64,000 nt of DNA from the human T2T-CHM13v2.0 reference genome, Homo sapiens. Positions 41,956-57,489 of the stretch are shown here, piece by piece (within the stretch, counting starts at the first letter, position 1; each line of letters starts with the position of its first letter). Location: assembly GCF_009914755.1 (NCBI RefSeq), contig NC_060940.1. The stretch is one strand, 5' to 3'. Both the position numbers and the translations under genes were made by a program. The notes beneath the pieces were generated by a model. The model did no database searches and was not told the origin of the DNA. It worked only from the letters and a program-made list of their open reading frames with translations.

Positions 41956-42479
41956 ATCTGTTATCATCGAAATCATATTCCTGTGGAAGAGAGAAAATGA
42001 ATGAGAGAATTAATAAATACAATAAGTAGCATAGTAACTGGTGATTAATGCAAAGAAAGGAAGCAGAGAAGGAAGGAGGGGAGCCATCACTCTAGATAGA
42101 GGGTCAGCAGAAGCCTCACCAGTGCTGTGATGCTTCAGTGAAGAATTGGAGGAAGTGGAGGTGAGCCACACAGCTATCCCGGGTGGAGAGGTCCAGGTAG
42201 AGGAAGCAAGTGGGAAGGCCCCGAGGCAGAGTGTGCAGGATTGTGCCCAGCGCACAGCAAGTTGGGGGATGGTGGGAAATGAGGCCGATGCTCCGGAGAA
42301 GATGGGGAAAGTGTTAAGCATGCTAGTGGGATTAGGAAAGGGGGCAATTAAGGGAAAGGGAGACAGAGGCAGAGCAGAGGACTGGAGTGTAGGGTAGCCA
42401 TAGTAATCCAGGTAAGAGGCCATATGGGTCTGGGCAGGGATGGTTGCAGTGCAGGCAGTGAGAAGCTGCAGACACTGAA

Positions 42480-42785
42480 TTTGTTGTTGTTGTTTTTATT
42501 TTTGAGACAGAGTCTGGCTATGTCTTTCTGGCTGGAGTACAGTGCCACGATTTTGGCTCACTGCTACCTCTGCCTCCCAGGTGCCAGTGATTCTCGTGAC
42601 TCAGCCTCTGGAGTAGCTGGGATTACAGGCATGCACCACCACACCCAGCTAATTTTTGTATTTTTAATAAAGATGGGGCTTCACCATGTTGTCCAGGCTG
42701 GTCTGGAACTCCTGGCCTCAAGTGATCCACCTGCCTCGGCCTCCCAAAGTGCTGGGATAACAGGTGTGAACCACTGGGCCAGGCC
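42480..42785 (-). mobile_element. AluS
   Basis: (TTG)n/T tail plus Alu body; TSD ctgaat. Confidence 0.92.
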
Positions 42786-42833
42786 CTGAATGTTTTGAAG
42801 GTACTGGTGACAGGGATTTGCTAACCAACTGTG

Positions 42834-42835
<2 letters not shown>

Positions 42836-42874
<39 letters not shown>

Positions 42875-42890
42875 AGAGAGAGAGAGAGAG
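42836..42890 (+). repeat. (GT)19 followed by (AG)n, compound microsatellite
   Basis: Directly visible. Confidence 0.97.
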
Positions 42891-43261
42891 GAATAAAGAT
42901 TGACTCCAAGATTTTTGTCCCAAACAAATGGAAGCACAGAGGGCACATCTCTGAGCTTTGCAAGCTCGCTGGAGAAGTGGCAAAGTAACTTGTGGGAGGA
43001 AAGTACAGGAATTCGGTCTTGTTCTTGTTGAGTTTGAGGTAGACAAAGGGAGCACATGAGCTGGGTATCAGGGGGCGTTTGTGCTACAGATAGAAGCCTG
43101 GGTGTCATCAACATCCAGATGGAATTTAAATCCTTGAGACTATGATCCCCAAAGAGGGAAGTGAACGTAGGGCTGTGGCCAAGCCCTGGGACACTCTCAT
43201 ATTGGGAGGAGTGGCCCTGCCTGGTGCTGTTTCACATGAGGCACTGCTTCCTGAGAATCCC

Positions 43262-43375
43262 CTTACAGCCTTGCAAAGAAAAGTACATAGCCAGCCAGGT
43301 GCGGTGGCTCACACCCACCTGGCACTTTGGGAGGCCAGGGCAGGTGGGTCACAAGGTCAGGAGTTCAAGACCAGC
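43262..43375 (+). repeat. Partial copy of the 5' junction (flank, TSD and left arm) of the Alu at 44556
   Basis: cttacagccttgcaaagaaaagYacatagcc followed by an Alu 5' end occurs at both 43262 and 44525. Confidence 0.88.
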
Positions 43376-44555
43376 ACAGTTCCGTACAACGGTGCTGTTA
43401 ACTTGGCAGCCCGACCCCAAATCAGCATATCCTGAGTCTATGCAGGCCCCAGGGTAGAGTGTACATTGTCCCCAGGAGTCGAACGGACCTGGGCCATCCT
43501 GCCTCCTTCCATCTCCTGTCTTCTTTCACTAGCATGTCTGATCCACTTCCCTAACACAGCCAGGCTAGGTTGGCCGCTTTCTGCTATAGCTACACCAAAT
43601 TGCTCAAGGTTACGATATAGTAGCTGGCATTTACTTTGTCCCAGGCACTGTTCCCTGAGCCTTCTGCATTAGATCACCCCTCATTTCACAGCAACCCTGT
43701 GGGTCTCTGATTACCCCTTTTATACAGGGGAAGACAATAAGGCTTAGGAAGATTCAGGAAATTACCCAAAGAAATTCACACTCAGATTCACACTCAGGAA
43801 ATGTGACTCAATGACAGCCGTCCTCACCTCTCTGCTCTTCTGCCTCCCAAACCAAACTGAAGCCAGAGAAGCGTGCCCTGTGTGTGCAATTACCAGACCC
43901 AATAGCTTGCTCTCTCCAACTTCTGTTTTTCAGAATAAAATTGTTTGTTCCATTTCTGATTTTAGTTGATGGATTTATGACAGCTTTCATTGCTGATAGC
44001 CACAGCAAAAATCATTGCTGCCAGATGCCTGTAAGAGCATGGGGAGGGAGTCTGGCCAGATCTCCATGGACTCAAGGTTGCTCCCTGGACTCAAGGTTGC
44101 AGGAGGTCCCTAGGGATGCATTCTTCCCGGCTTGCTCTTTCCATAGCACAGAGGCTCTTCCTGCCATCATCTGATGACAGGGATGGCTTTGCCTGCTGGA
44201 CATCCACCTGTTGCACGGGTTGATGATGCGAAATGTTTTTACAGACTCCGTCTGTCCCGGTTTCTTTCCATTTAACTCTTTCATGCCCACTTCCCTGTGC
44301 ATTCTATTCCTGTGATTGCCTTAAGGAGAACAAGGATCTGTCATAAACTTCCTTATTTTGCCAAACTTACTATAGGCAAATAGAGACTTTCGGACTTGAA
44401 GGATGTGTTTTCCTTATGGAAGCAAAGGAAACTGACCTTGACTCTTTTTATTTCATCCTAGATTCAGGCTGTCTCTAGAAACTACCCCAGAGCAGCTGCA
44501 TGGGAAATGGCAGACCCCTGGTCTCTTACAGCCTTGCAAAGAAAAGCACATAGCC

Positions 44556-44849
44556 GGCTGGGCACGGTGGCTTACACCTGTAATCCTAGCACTTTGGGAG
44601 GCCGAGGCAGGTGGATCACGAGGTCAGGAGTTCAAGACCAACCTGGCCAATATGGTGAAACCCCGCCTCTACTAAAAAATACAAAAATTAGCCAGGCATG
44701 GCGGCATGCACCTGTAATCCCAGCTACTCAGGAGGCTGAGGCAAGAGAATCACTTGAACCTGGGAGGCAGAGGTTGTGGTGAGCTGAGACTGCACCACTA
44801 CACTCCAGCCTGGGTAACCGAGTGAGACTCCATCTCGAAGAAAAAAAGA
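44556..44849 (+). mobile_element. AluSg-like
   Basis: ggatcacgaggtcaggagttc diagnostic; 18-bp TSD aaagaaaagYacatagcc at 44538-44555 and 44850-44867. Confidence 0.94.
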
Positions 44850-44884
44850 AAAGAAAAGTACATAGCCAAGTGGCCACAACTGCC

Positions 44885-45095
44885 AGACTAGTGCCAGACT
44901 TCCTGAGCACAAATCCCCACTTGTCCATCTTCCAGAAGTGTAACCTTGGGCAGATTTTTAATCTCTCTGGGCCTCAGTGTCCCCACCTGAAACATGGGGA
45001 GGAATAGTAATATCTAGGTTATGGAGTCACTGTGATGGATACAGAATAAAAGAATTCAGGGAAAGTGTTTAGAACACAGTGCACGGTACATAGCA
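44885..45095 (+). mobile_element. MIR
   Basis: tgtaaccttgggcagatttttaatctctctgggcctcagtgtccccacctgaaacatgggga. Confidence 0.8.
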
Positions 45096-46678
45096 TTAAA
45101 TTAACTGATTCGCATTTTTAGCAAAATGAGCATAATGCGTAGTCATTTACTAAAGGTGTCTCTTTGAGACTGATAGGGGTGTTTTTCTAGAATATTTGGT
45201 TTTCATGCCTTGTGGATTAGTTTATTTTTATTTTCCACAAGCCAGCCCCGGGTACCTCACTGCTTAAATCTCATGATAACAGTCTCTTCCTCATTCCTGG
45301 TAAAATCCAAGGGAGCAGATAGGAGTTTCTAAATATTAAGTTTTGCCATCTGCTGTTTGCTTGCCTGTAAGCAAGCACTCAGAGATGACAGTGCCAGTGA
45401 ATGAATGGCGAACTGCTATTAAATGTAGGAGTTGAACAACTGATTTATGAACGTTTGCAGCTTGGCCCTTTGGTGGAGGTAGGCTTGATTTTGCAATTTT
45501 TCTAGAGCACACATATAACTAGTCATATTTTCTGCTAGTAAAACTGTTCCTAGTTTGGGCATTGGGATTAAATTTATCAGTATTTTAAGATGCTCTGCAA
45601 AGTACCTCACACTATGCAAATAACACCATGAGTTGTAGATACTCTGTCACCCAAACAAGTTTAGGATCTGGTTGAATGTTTGAAGTGAAATGAATCAGAG
45701 GAGACTGTTCCTGTGAGCAAAAGAGGACGTGACAATTCAGAACCTCTAATCATACCTAGTCCACTATCTGTCAGGATTCATGGTCACAAGCAACAGAAAC
45801 CAGCATGGGCTATGTTAGGTGGAATAAAACAAGAACAGACAGGGTTGACATTAGGCATCACAGAATGGATAGAAAACCAGAAGACAGACTGGAAAAAATG
45901 AGTAGCCGCCAGATAGAACTCAAGGGGAGGGAAGGAGGGATTAGGGACCACCACAAAGAGAACAGCTGAGTTCTCATGTTAGGCTTCCCATGCAATGAAC
46001 ATGACCTGTGTTCACCCCCACATCACTCATGCAAGAGCATCCAGTTTGCTGGAGTTGTCTCATGTCCCATATCTACTCCTGCTGCAGTGGGAGAGAATGG
46101 GAGTGGGTTACTACCTCCCACCAACACTGCACAAAACAGGGTTTTCTCCAAAAGAGGGGTTGGGATGCTATGAGGGATGATAAAGGATGGGGAGCAGTCA
46201 GGAATGAGAAACATCCACTCCAAAACCCTTCCACAAGTGTGAGTCTTCCACAGTGCTCGTGATGACCTCCACAGCAGACTTGCTGTTATGACTGTCCCCA
46301 GCTGCCCTCTGTGAGGATGGGTGCTTATGAGGTGAGAGGTAAACATTTGCATATTCAGTTCCCACACTAAAGAGTGTCTCTGTCACAAAGCAGGAACAGG
46401 TGACATGGGCCAGCAACCAGGTAAATCTCTGCAGGGCATGAAGAGCCAAGAATGCTACAGAACAGGGCTGTGGCTTGCAGAGGGCAGGGTGTGGCTCTGG
46501 GCAGACCATCAGGGCAAGAGAAGGCACTCTGCCCCAATACCTCCCTTTGGGCTGGACTAGGGAGAGTCAAGCCAGGCCCTCATCTTGGTCATAAGCTTTA
46601 AGGGGATACCGAAAAACTCAATCATCCAGATAGATGTTTTAATGCAGTATTTTAAAAATCAAAACTAATGCAAAAATT

Positions 46679-46969
<291 letters not shown>

Positions 46970-47601
46970 TTATTGCAAAAATTCATAATAAGCAAAATAC
47001 CAGCTTTTTAAGTAAAGCAGGATCATTGTTACTGATTTTTCATTTTGTGTCCAGCTCACATATGACTCAGCATGGCGCTGCTGTGCGCAAGCTCCTTTTC
47101 CTCTTTGGGCCCATTTCTTCTTCTGTAAACTTAAATAGGATCGCAAATGCTGTGACTCTGTGGATCCCTGGATCAAGAGTAGAAATGAGTTCAACCTGCG
47201 TGGCAGATGCTCTGGGCCAAGCCTGTGCCTACAACCTGGTGGACTAGGCGAAAGCAGGTGCCCTTTCTGCAACAGACAGTTAGCAATGTTGAGTAAACTG
47301 TGACCCTTTCACCCATGGAAACCCACAGCTAGGCTCCAAAGAAAAAGAAGATAAATCTCTGAATTTAACAAATAACTAGAATATAAAATAGTTATGTTTA
47401 AAATGATTAGGGGAAAAGAATAGGGGCCAGGAAGAAAGGATAAAACATAATGAAATAGAAAAGGCAGATGTGAACAGTAACTAAATAGAAAGTCTAGAAA
47501 TCTGATAGAGCATTATCTCATTAATACTTCGGACACAACTGTGAGATGGGTGTGATCATCCCTGTTCTATAGATGAGGAAGGGAGGTCGAACCTTTCGTG
47601 A

Positions 47602-47944
<343 letters not shown>

Positions 47945-48449
47945 TCAAGGAACTTCTCAACAGGGAAACATTTCTTTCCTTTGTTTTGCAAGAGAAAACA
48001 CTATTTTTTTAAAAAGTCATGCTCAGTAGAGTGTGCAGGTTCGTTAAACACCTGTGATATCTTTTTATAATTCTGTGTAAGATGGGGTCTTCATGTGCAG
48101 CGGGCCCATTTCATCTCTGTTCCCCATTCATTCATGTTCTTTGTGTCTGGGGCTTCTTTTGAAATCTGTAAAGGTGGGAGGACCAGGGAATCCAATAGAG
48201 TGAGCACATGAAGAGACGTCCTTCAAGCCCACACTGGATCCACCTGGAACTCCCACCAGGGAGTTCACTGGGAGTGGGGACTTGGCAGCTGCCAGGGAGA
48301 ATTCTTAGGCAAGTGGTTACTGTTTGATGCTTCACCCTAAAGTTATAAAGATGCAACATTTTACAGCTCAACAAGTAAACATTTCCCAAATACTTAAAAC
48401 ATAGATTACCTAGTCACTGGTAAAACACAGCAACTGGCCTTCATCTCCA

Positions 48450-48830
48450 AAATATATCTAGAATCTCCGCAGTTCTTGCAACTGCACTACATAAACTTTG
48501 TCTAAGCCACCACCATCGTTCACCCAGATGACAATAATTGCCCTAACTTGTCTCCCATTCTTACAAGGCACCATCCACATCGCGGTGATCCTCTTAAACT
48601 GAAGCTCAGATCCCGTCTCTCCCCTGATGAAGCCCTTCAGTGCCTCCCATTTCACACTGAAGTAAAACCCAGACCCCCTGCCCTGGCCCAGGAAGCCCCT
48701 GGCTGGCCTCGGTGCTGAGCTTCCTCTCCTCTCGCTCCTCTGGCAGTCTCTCCTCCAACCACACGGCCTTTCTTCCTCAAACTTCTTTCCCATTCAGGAA
48801 CTGTGCAAACATCATTCCCTCTGCCTTGAA
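48450..48830 (+). mobile_element. L2 fragment, continuing at ~49760-49890 beyond the MER82
   Basis: ccaaaatatatctagaatct, gtgatcctcttaaactgaagctcagatc; 3' end taaactgtaaaccccttgagggc...ggcactcaatacatgtttg...gaatgaat. Confidence 0.7.
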
Positions 48831-48833
48831 TTC

Positions 48834-49750
<917 letters not shown>

Positions 49751-50509
49751 TGCTTGCTTGCCTGAACATTCACTACCTGTCTCCCCACACTAAACTGTAA
49801 ACCCCTTGAGGGCACGGACCATGTTGGTCTTCAAGTGGGCCTGGCAAATAATAGGCACTCAATACATGTTTGTTAGTTAACGAATGAATTGCAAATAAAT
49901 TATTTCCAAAGACAGTTTTTAACCAGGCTGTACTGTACAGGACTGTAGTGTGTCCTGTTCAGGAGTTAATATTTAATATGTCTTTGCAAAGGATAACAAA
50001 GGATTTCCATCAGGGACTGACTTTAATATAAAGAGTGCAAATGAATGCTAATTAAATATCTTCACTTAATTATTATTTGATGCACTTCCTTGGTTTGGGC
50101 CTCCCCTTTGGGCTTAAAAAGATACAAGAAACTGCTTCTGTTTCTTTACTTTCTCCCAGTGTCACTGACTAGGCACCGTTGGCTTTGATGAACCTCCCTG
50201 AGGCCACCATGGGGAGATGGTGTTGCCTGGTTCCCAGTGCTGAGGCTCTCAAGACACTGCTTTCTTGGAAAGTTGATGCGGCCAGGAGCATCTGTTTTGT
50301 GCTTCCTCCTGGGCAGACAGGGGCTGCTCTTGGAAGTCCATTCTGCTTCTTGCTAACTCACACAGGCGGTATGAGGAGGATGCTTAGCCCTAACTGATCT
50401 TATGATCTAGCCTGGAACACTGAGAGCTGGGTTTGCTAACAAGCCGGGTCAGTAACCCCAACCTTCTTACTTCAGTCCAGCGTCTTGCCCTGTATTGTCT
50501 TCTGTTAGA

Positions 50510-50724
50510 GCACGGTTGGCAAGTTTCTTCTATAAAGGGCCAGATGATAAACAATATAGGTTTTATGGACCACACAATCTGTGTCTCAGCTACTCAACTC
50601 GACCATCGTAATCCAAAAGCTGCCACATCTGTGAATAGGCATGGCTGTGTTCCAATAGAACTGTGTTGACACAGGGAGTCAGAGGGCCAGATTTGGCCCA
50701 TGGGCCATAGTTTGCCAACCCCCA
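50510..50724 (+). mobile_element. MER58A (hAT-Charlie)
   Basis: ggttggcaagtttcttctataaagggccagat...ggctgtgttccaata...gggccagatttggccc...tagtttgccaacccc. Confidence 0.88.
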
Positions 50725-51669
50725 TGGTACACCCCTACCAGCATTATGGTATCTTCATTTGTGTGTGTTCTACTCTGTGCTGCGAGCTCTTTAGGGGAAG
50801 GCCTGAATCTCATCCAGTGGTTTCCTCTCAACATCTTGTGTAGTGCCTGCCCCGTGACAAGCCCTCGGCCAATGTTTGCTAAATGCATGACTTATAAGAC
50901 ATGGCCCCCAAAGCACGGGCATTGTGAAACATGCTAACCAGATGAAAGGTGACCTAAGCCCCAGTGGCAGCCCATTCATCATCATTCTGCCTCCTGTTGC
51001 CAATATTCAAAATAGCACCAGTTGTTTTTCTGTCAACAAATCAAAATAATATTCCTGCATTTGTTCAACAAACAGCCACTGAGTGTGGGAGCAGCATCCA
51101 GATGTCAGCTGGGATCTGCCTGCCTTTGAGAACTAAATAAATATGTGATAAGTTGATAAGTCCTGACTGCATGCCCCGTAGCAGCCCAGAGGCTTCCCAA
51201 GATTTCTGCAAATTCCAGAGGATTGGAGAAGGAAGCCTTGACTTTCCAGAGGTCACATCTGGCTTCAAGCTTCCACTTCTGCAAGCTAGTTCCATTTCTT
51301 AGCTGTCTCAATCTCCTGCCTGTGCCAGCCTGTGGCATCCCATGTCGCCCTTCTCCCCAGTCCTCCCTTGGCACACATATGCACACACACGTGTATGTGC
51401 ACACGCACATACACACACACTCACTGTCATCAGAATTGGTTGCATGTGATCTAACTCACTGAGGATGTTTAGAGGCATGGAAAGGGCAGTTACATCACAT
51501 CACATCAAACAACTTCAACCTGAGACCCTGGAAAGCCCTCGATTTTCCATCCTTCTCAGCATCCCATCCGTCTGTATTTCTCACAAGGCACATCATCCCA
51601 GCATGTACCCAGCCTCAGCACATATTGGGACTCTTCTCTCCAATTTCTCCCTCTCCTCTGCACTTTCTC

Positions 51670-52010
51670 TTTTTAAACAGCTCCATGGAGATGTGATTGA
51701 CATGCAAAAGTGCACAAGTTGATGAGTTCTGACATATGTGCACTCCCTTGACGCTATCACCGTGATCTAGATCGTGCATGTGTCTAGCATCCTCAGAAAC
51801 GTCCTGGACTCCTTTGGCATCCTCCTTTCTGCCCCTCCTTTCCTTTACCTCAGCCCCAGGCAACCACTGATCTGTCTTCTGTCATTGTAGATTAGTGTAC
51901 ATTTTGTAGAGCTTCATATAAATTGAATCATAAAGTATGCCCTCTTTTTTGTCTGGCTCCTTCTGCTCAGCACAATTATTGTGGGATTCATCCGTGTTGT
52001 CACCTGTGTC
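51670..52010 (-). mobile_element. L1M 3' fragment
   Basis: cagccccaggcaaccactgatctg...catataaattgaatcata...tggctccttctgctcagcac. Confidence 0.78.
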
Positions 52011-53659
52011 ACCAGTTACACAGAGACAAAGACCTTCTGCAGAAAGATTCAATTCTATGCAGTCCCCACCTCGAAAGAACTTCAGATTCCCTTTTAACAG
52101 ACGGAAACATGCCAGAAGACCAAAAGGGCTCTCTGTCTTTAGAAACCCATGGTTGTTAAATAGCCATTTTTCTCCCGATTAAAAATAGCTATTTTTCAGT
52201 TGCCTCAGCAGCTGCTTAATAAGCACCTACTATGTGCCAGGCACTGTTGTTAGGGACAGAGTGGGAATCAGGAAAACATGGCCTTCCTCTTGGGGAATCA
52301 TCAGAGAATGGGCAGGTGAACTGCTAAAAAGTTGCAACAGGTGTACATATATTTCTTTTGTTTACAGGTTTTGGGAATGCAATCCCATATTTCCTTTTTT
52401 TACACATTGAAGTACTTTTTTATGAGCAATGCATGCTCGTCACAAAAAAATTAACAAACATGGAGCAGCATAAAGAAGTAAATTAAAAATCACCTTTAAT
52501 CCCACTGCCCAGATATGGCCACCATTATATTTCATTTTGTTAATTCCACAGGCGAGGAGTAGAGGAATATGTTTTGTTTCATTTTGTGTAATTAAACGGG
52601 CCACGGGAACTACTATCAGCTTCCTGGGGAGCTGAGTTGTGTTTATTTTTTTTAAGAGCTACTAATTTTTGATTAACAAGGATGAATGTAATGTTTAAGA
52701 GGAATCTATTTACACCCTCTTCCCCTTCTCAATAAAACAACATTCTTCCCCACCAAGTGTGGAGTCGAGACTCTGAGGATGTATGGCCCTGAGCTGGGGG
52801 ATTCTAGGGACATTTTTCATGTCACTACCTAGACAGTCGTGTGAGTGCTCCAGCAGTGAGGGATCTCGGCTGCAGGTTACATTCCTTGCCGAAGCCAGGG
52901 CTGGATGATAATTCACTTTGTCATTACTTAATTCTGTGATGGCTGAAACGACTGAGCCAGAATAAAAGTCTCAGTCCCTGAAAAGATGAGAGACTCAGTG
53001 TCAGGATGTTTAGGAACAGAAAAAGCAAGAGGGCAGCCGAATGGGGCCATCGGGTGGCTGCATAAAGAAGTCTGATGATGGATGCAGCGCTCCCAATTCA
53101 TTTCTTTTCTAAATGACATATTTGTATGTTTCCTTCATCATTTCATTCGGTCCACACGTATCCATGCGGTGCACTCTGTGTGCCAGTCATAGAGGCCACA
53201 TCCGGTCGTAGGCCGTACCCCATGCACAGCTGTCCTCTTGGCACAGTTGACTGAACATGCTTTCGCCGTGTGGGAGACTGAAGCTATATCTGTTTGAGCT
53301 ACAACTAAAACCCTGGAGTCTCTGCATGCCTTTGCCAACATCTGGTGGTTCCCCAAATGTGTCAGGTTCTTCTCTGCCTCTGTGCTAGGGTTTCTACCCT
53401 GACCGCCACCCAACAACCCCTGCGCCCTTATCCTCTCTTCTTCCTCAGGACGTTACTACGATCCAGCCCCACTTCAGCACCACGGTCAGCACCCACCAAT
53501 TGCCCAGCACTCCTGCTACTGGGTTGCTAGGTATTTCGCACATCAGCCCTTCTCTGTGCCTCTGCCCAGTTTGCTTCCTCTGCCCTCTCTCCCTCCAAAT
53601 AACAGCTGCCTGGCTAATGTCTGCGTATTTGCTGGCAGCAGAGTAACACTGAGGTTGAT

Positions 53660-53835
53660 GTCCAGCTCTGCCATTGAGGGTTGTGGGACTTTGGGTAAGT
53701 TACTTAACCTCTCCAGACCTCATTCTCTCCAGGTGTAAAGGGAGATAATACCTAGAGGATTAAATAGGCTAATCTAGCAAAGCTCTTAGCACAGTGTCTG
53801 GAACATAGAAAGAACCCAATACATATTAACTATTA
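53660..53835 (+). mobile_element. MIR
   Basis: gactttgggtaagttacttaacctctc...cttagcacagtgtctggaacatag. Confidence 0.8.
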
Positions 53836-54004
53836 TTGTAATCTGTCAAGAATCATCCCAAATATACCTTGTGCTAAGAACCTTTCCTCATCATTTCCTT
53901 GGGGTGTAATACAAAAATCTGACGTATTCCAGAGGCTTGGATACCCTCCTTGGTACTCACTTGGCATAGCTTCCATCACACTGTATTTTGTAATTGCTCA
54001 TGAG

Positions 54005-54370
54005 TGTGCTAGTTAGGATAAGTAATAATAGCTTCTGTGATAGATAACCCCTCAAATCTCAATGGCTTAACACAAAACTACATTGCTCACTCCTATTACA
54101 GTCGAACTGCAGATGGTGGGGTGGGATGGCTCTGCTCCATAACGTTCAGAGATCCTTGGCACCTTCCATTTCATGAGGCTGCCTCTTCAAGGTGTAGCCT
54201 CCAGGGTTGCTGTGGAAGGGAAAGAGAGAGCAAGGAGGGTCTTGCAGGGGGTTTGCAGCCAGGCCCAGAAGTGACATTATCACATCTACCAACTTTGCTC
54301 TATCCTAATCTAGCTGCATTAGAAACTGAGAAGTTCAGCCCGCCTGTATGTTCAAAAAGAAGATAAAATT
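54005..54370 (-). mobile_element. Old MLT1 (J/K-like) LTR
   Basis: tagttaggataag...aaccccctcaaatctcaatggcttaacacaa-like start; ggcccagaagtgaca. Confidence 0.55.
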
Positions 54371-54919
54371 ATCTCTGACCACAGGAGTGCTTCTCATCTC
54401 CCCACCAGGCCATGAGATGCTCAAGGTCGGTGGCCATGTGCCTTGGGTCTCTTATCCAGTGTTAGCTCCCTTCTGCATTCCCTGGTCACCTCCAGAGCTG
54501 AGCAGGTGGCACTGTGGGGAGGGGCTTTCCAAGCACAGATGATAGGAGATGCAAAGGTACAGAGGGTCTGGGAGAAAACTGGCCGCTTCAGGGAACCACA
54601 AGCCACAGCAACATTTGCTTGGGCTGCACACATATTACTGCATAAAAATAGCTCGTTACCACCTTAGCATAGGATGCATGTGGAGGTGGGGCAGGGATGA
54701 GCCAGGGCAGCCCAGGAGAGCAGAGCTTACAGTCCTCTGGGTAGAGGCCAGCATTTCTGATCCTGTCTGCCTCTGCTATGGAGCCTATGTTTCCTTGGTT
54801 CCAATGGCAAGGCTAACAAGAGCGTTCCTCCTTGGGTCATGTATCTCTTTGAATAGAGCTGCATCCCTAAGCCAAGGAAACATATTGTATTGAGTAGTGC
54901 TTTAAAGAACAGGCAAGGA

Positions 54920-55470
54920 ATGGAAATTGGCATAAACTTTCTAAAAGACACGCTGCAGTATGTATTAACTTTTTTCCAACAGTCACACTCTTCCATACCC
55001 GTAATTTCATTCCTAGGAATATATCTCGAAATAATCAGAAATGGTGTCAAAAATGTATACACTCAGGAAACAGATTTATGTGCGGAGTTGTACACTGAAG
55101 CCTTATTTATGGTAGCAAAAAGTTAGAAAACAGCCCCAGTGTCCAACAATAGGAGGCTGGATAAATATATTACAGAGTTGCCATATGATGGAATAATATG
55201 CAGTGATTAAAATTTTTGAAGCCAGGAGAAATTGTTTCTGATATAAACTGAAGTGACAAAAGTGGGACATCCAAGTTGGTAAACGGTACGATTCCAATTA
55301 TACAAATCACACGTGGAGAAGACTTTGAATAAAATGTCTAAGGATAGGAGCGGGCTTTCAGGCTCCTGGAATTATTTGGTGATTTTTCATGTTTTCTTCA
55401 CACTCTCTTGTATTATCAAGTTGTTAATGTTGAACACATACATTACTTTTATAAACAGAAAAGTACTTTT
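54920..55470 (+). mobile_element. L1ME-like 3' fragment
   Basis: cccgtaatttcattcctaggaatatatctc, ttatttatggtagcaaaaag, tgtccaacaataggaggctggataaat, atggaataatatgcagtgattaaaa. Confidence 0.7.
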
Positions 55471-57094
55471 TAAGAAACAAGGGGCAAGGAGACTAAGAAA
55501 ACCATCCTTTCTTGGCAGACTCCCTCAGAGGTACTATGTTTCTTTTCTACAGTTCTCTCAGGACTCAAATGCTTGCCTAGACCAACATGCCTCTGACTCC
55601 ATAATAGGCACGAACTCGCAATTACTCCCTGGTACACAACCTTTTCAGCCACCGTAACATCCATTCAACTGCACAAAATATGTCATCTAAAACCTCATCC
55701 AGATAACCCTGCACATTGCACTTTTTTATATATGGAGAAATGAAAAAGGCTTTTTGCTTTGTAAGTTCCATAAAGACATTTCTTGGCATCTAGAAAATGA
55801 CAAGAACCCTTCAACCCAGACTTCACCTCACACCCATCCCTAACTTTGGTTACAGTTCAAAAGTGTTCATGGAAGTTTGAAAAGTGGTTTCCCTTTTCAC
55901 CTGAAGCTGTGATTTCCAGTGTGGTCTGGAGGAGAAAACTGCCTCGAAGGAAGCTAAGGGATAGAAAGGTGTTTTCAATGTCTTCTCTTAGGTGGGGTTT
56001 TCATTCAGTCAGGTTAGGTTGTTAAGGCAAGAGAGATAATGAACAAAAATAACAATCTTACCCTCAAAGATACAATAAAATGCACTCATGTTCTCATTTC
56101 GATGCCAGAATATGAACACCGAGATGGTTCTCCAACTCCCATGCACCAAGCCCCTTACAAGCTTAGACTCGGGTCAGGTCCTAGAAAAGAAAGTTTAGGG
56201 TGTTTAGGGAAATGTTTGCAGTGTACCCAGTGAGTGGATTTAACCAAATCTGTATCTCAGAGCAGGCACCACTCCCATATCCCACCAGGAAGCCATTGTG
56301 AGATATAGTCTGCCCACAGCCCCGCTGCCACAGGCTCCAATGCCAGGGAAAGCTGTGTCTCCCCATCAGTGCAATTCTAAGAATTAAGTACTCCTTCCTT
56401 GCCAATTACATGGTCACTATCCTTAGAATTGAATTTAAGCTCTGATAGAAAATTGTTGAAAGCCTTCAGTGCTCATTTTTCACCAAACTGAACTCTATAA
56501 TGGTACTACAATAGAAAAAAAATTTCCAAAGTTCAATTGGAATTTTTTCCCAGTAACTTAATAATAAGGCTCCAATTTCAGGAAAATAGTTTCAGCATGA
56601 GTGAAATCACACTGTTTGTTATGCAGCATCAAAGCTGTCCTCCAACACAGGGCAGAGGCCAGTGCTCCCTGGAGTTGAACTCCAACAATCATTTAAAAAC
56701 TTTTGTTTCCAATCATTTAGAAACTTGTAGATTTTTCTGGCAACATCCAAGAATAAGTTATCTCACTTAGATGAGTTTTCTGTGAAACTGAAGCTCACCA
56801 CTTCAAGTGCTATATCTTTCTATATATTGACTTCATTTCTAAAACATAGGTTTCCCCGATTCTTAAATAGAGTATGGGAAAGGAATTTAAGGTCATTTGA
56901 GGTAATCATTCTTATAGGTTAATAAGTGAACCAAGACAATGCTTTACCTGATTTTGAGTTTTTTCTGTCTTTTATGCTTTCATACAAAATGTCATGCTCT
57001 AATCACTAAACCTGACTCCAGAAATCCACCTGGAAAACAAAGTAGACAACCAAGCTTTTTGAGAATTTTGACTTTTTTAAAAAAAGAAAAAGAA

Positions 57095-57489
<395 letters not shown>

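Larger units (their letters stand above)
41990..43160 (-). mobile_element. L2 relic interrupted by an Alu and a microsatellite
   Basis: agagggtcagcagaagcctc, gagtgagccacacagctatc-like block, gtaatccaggtaagagg, gaataaagattgactccaagattttt, ttgagtttgagg, gtcatcaacatccagatgg. Confidence 0.65.
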
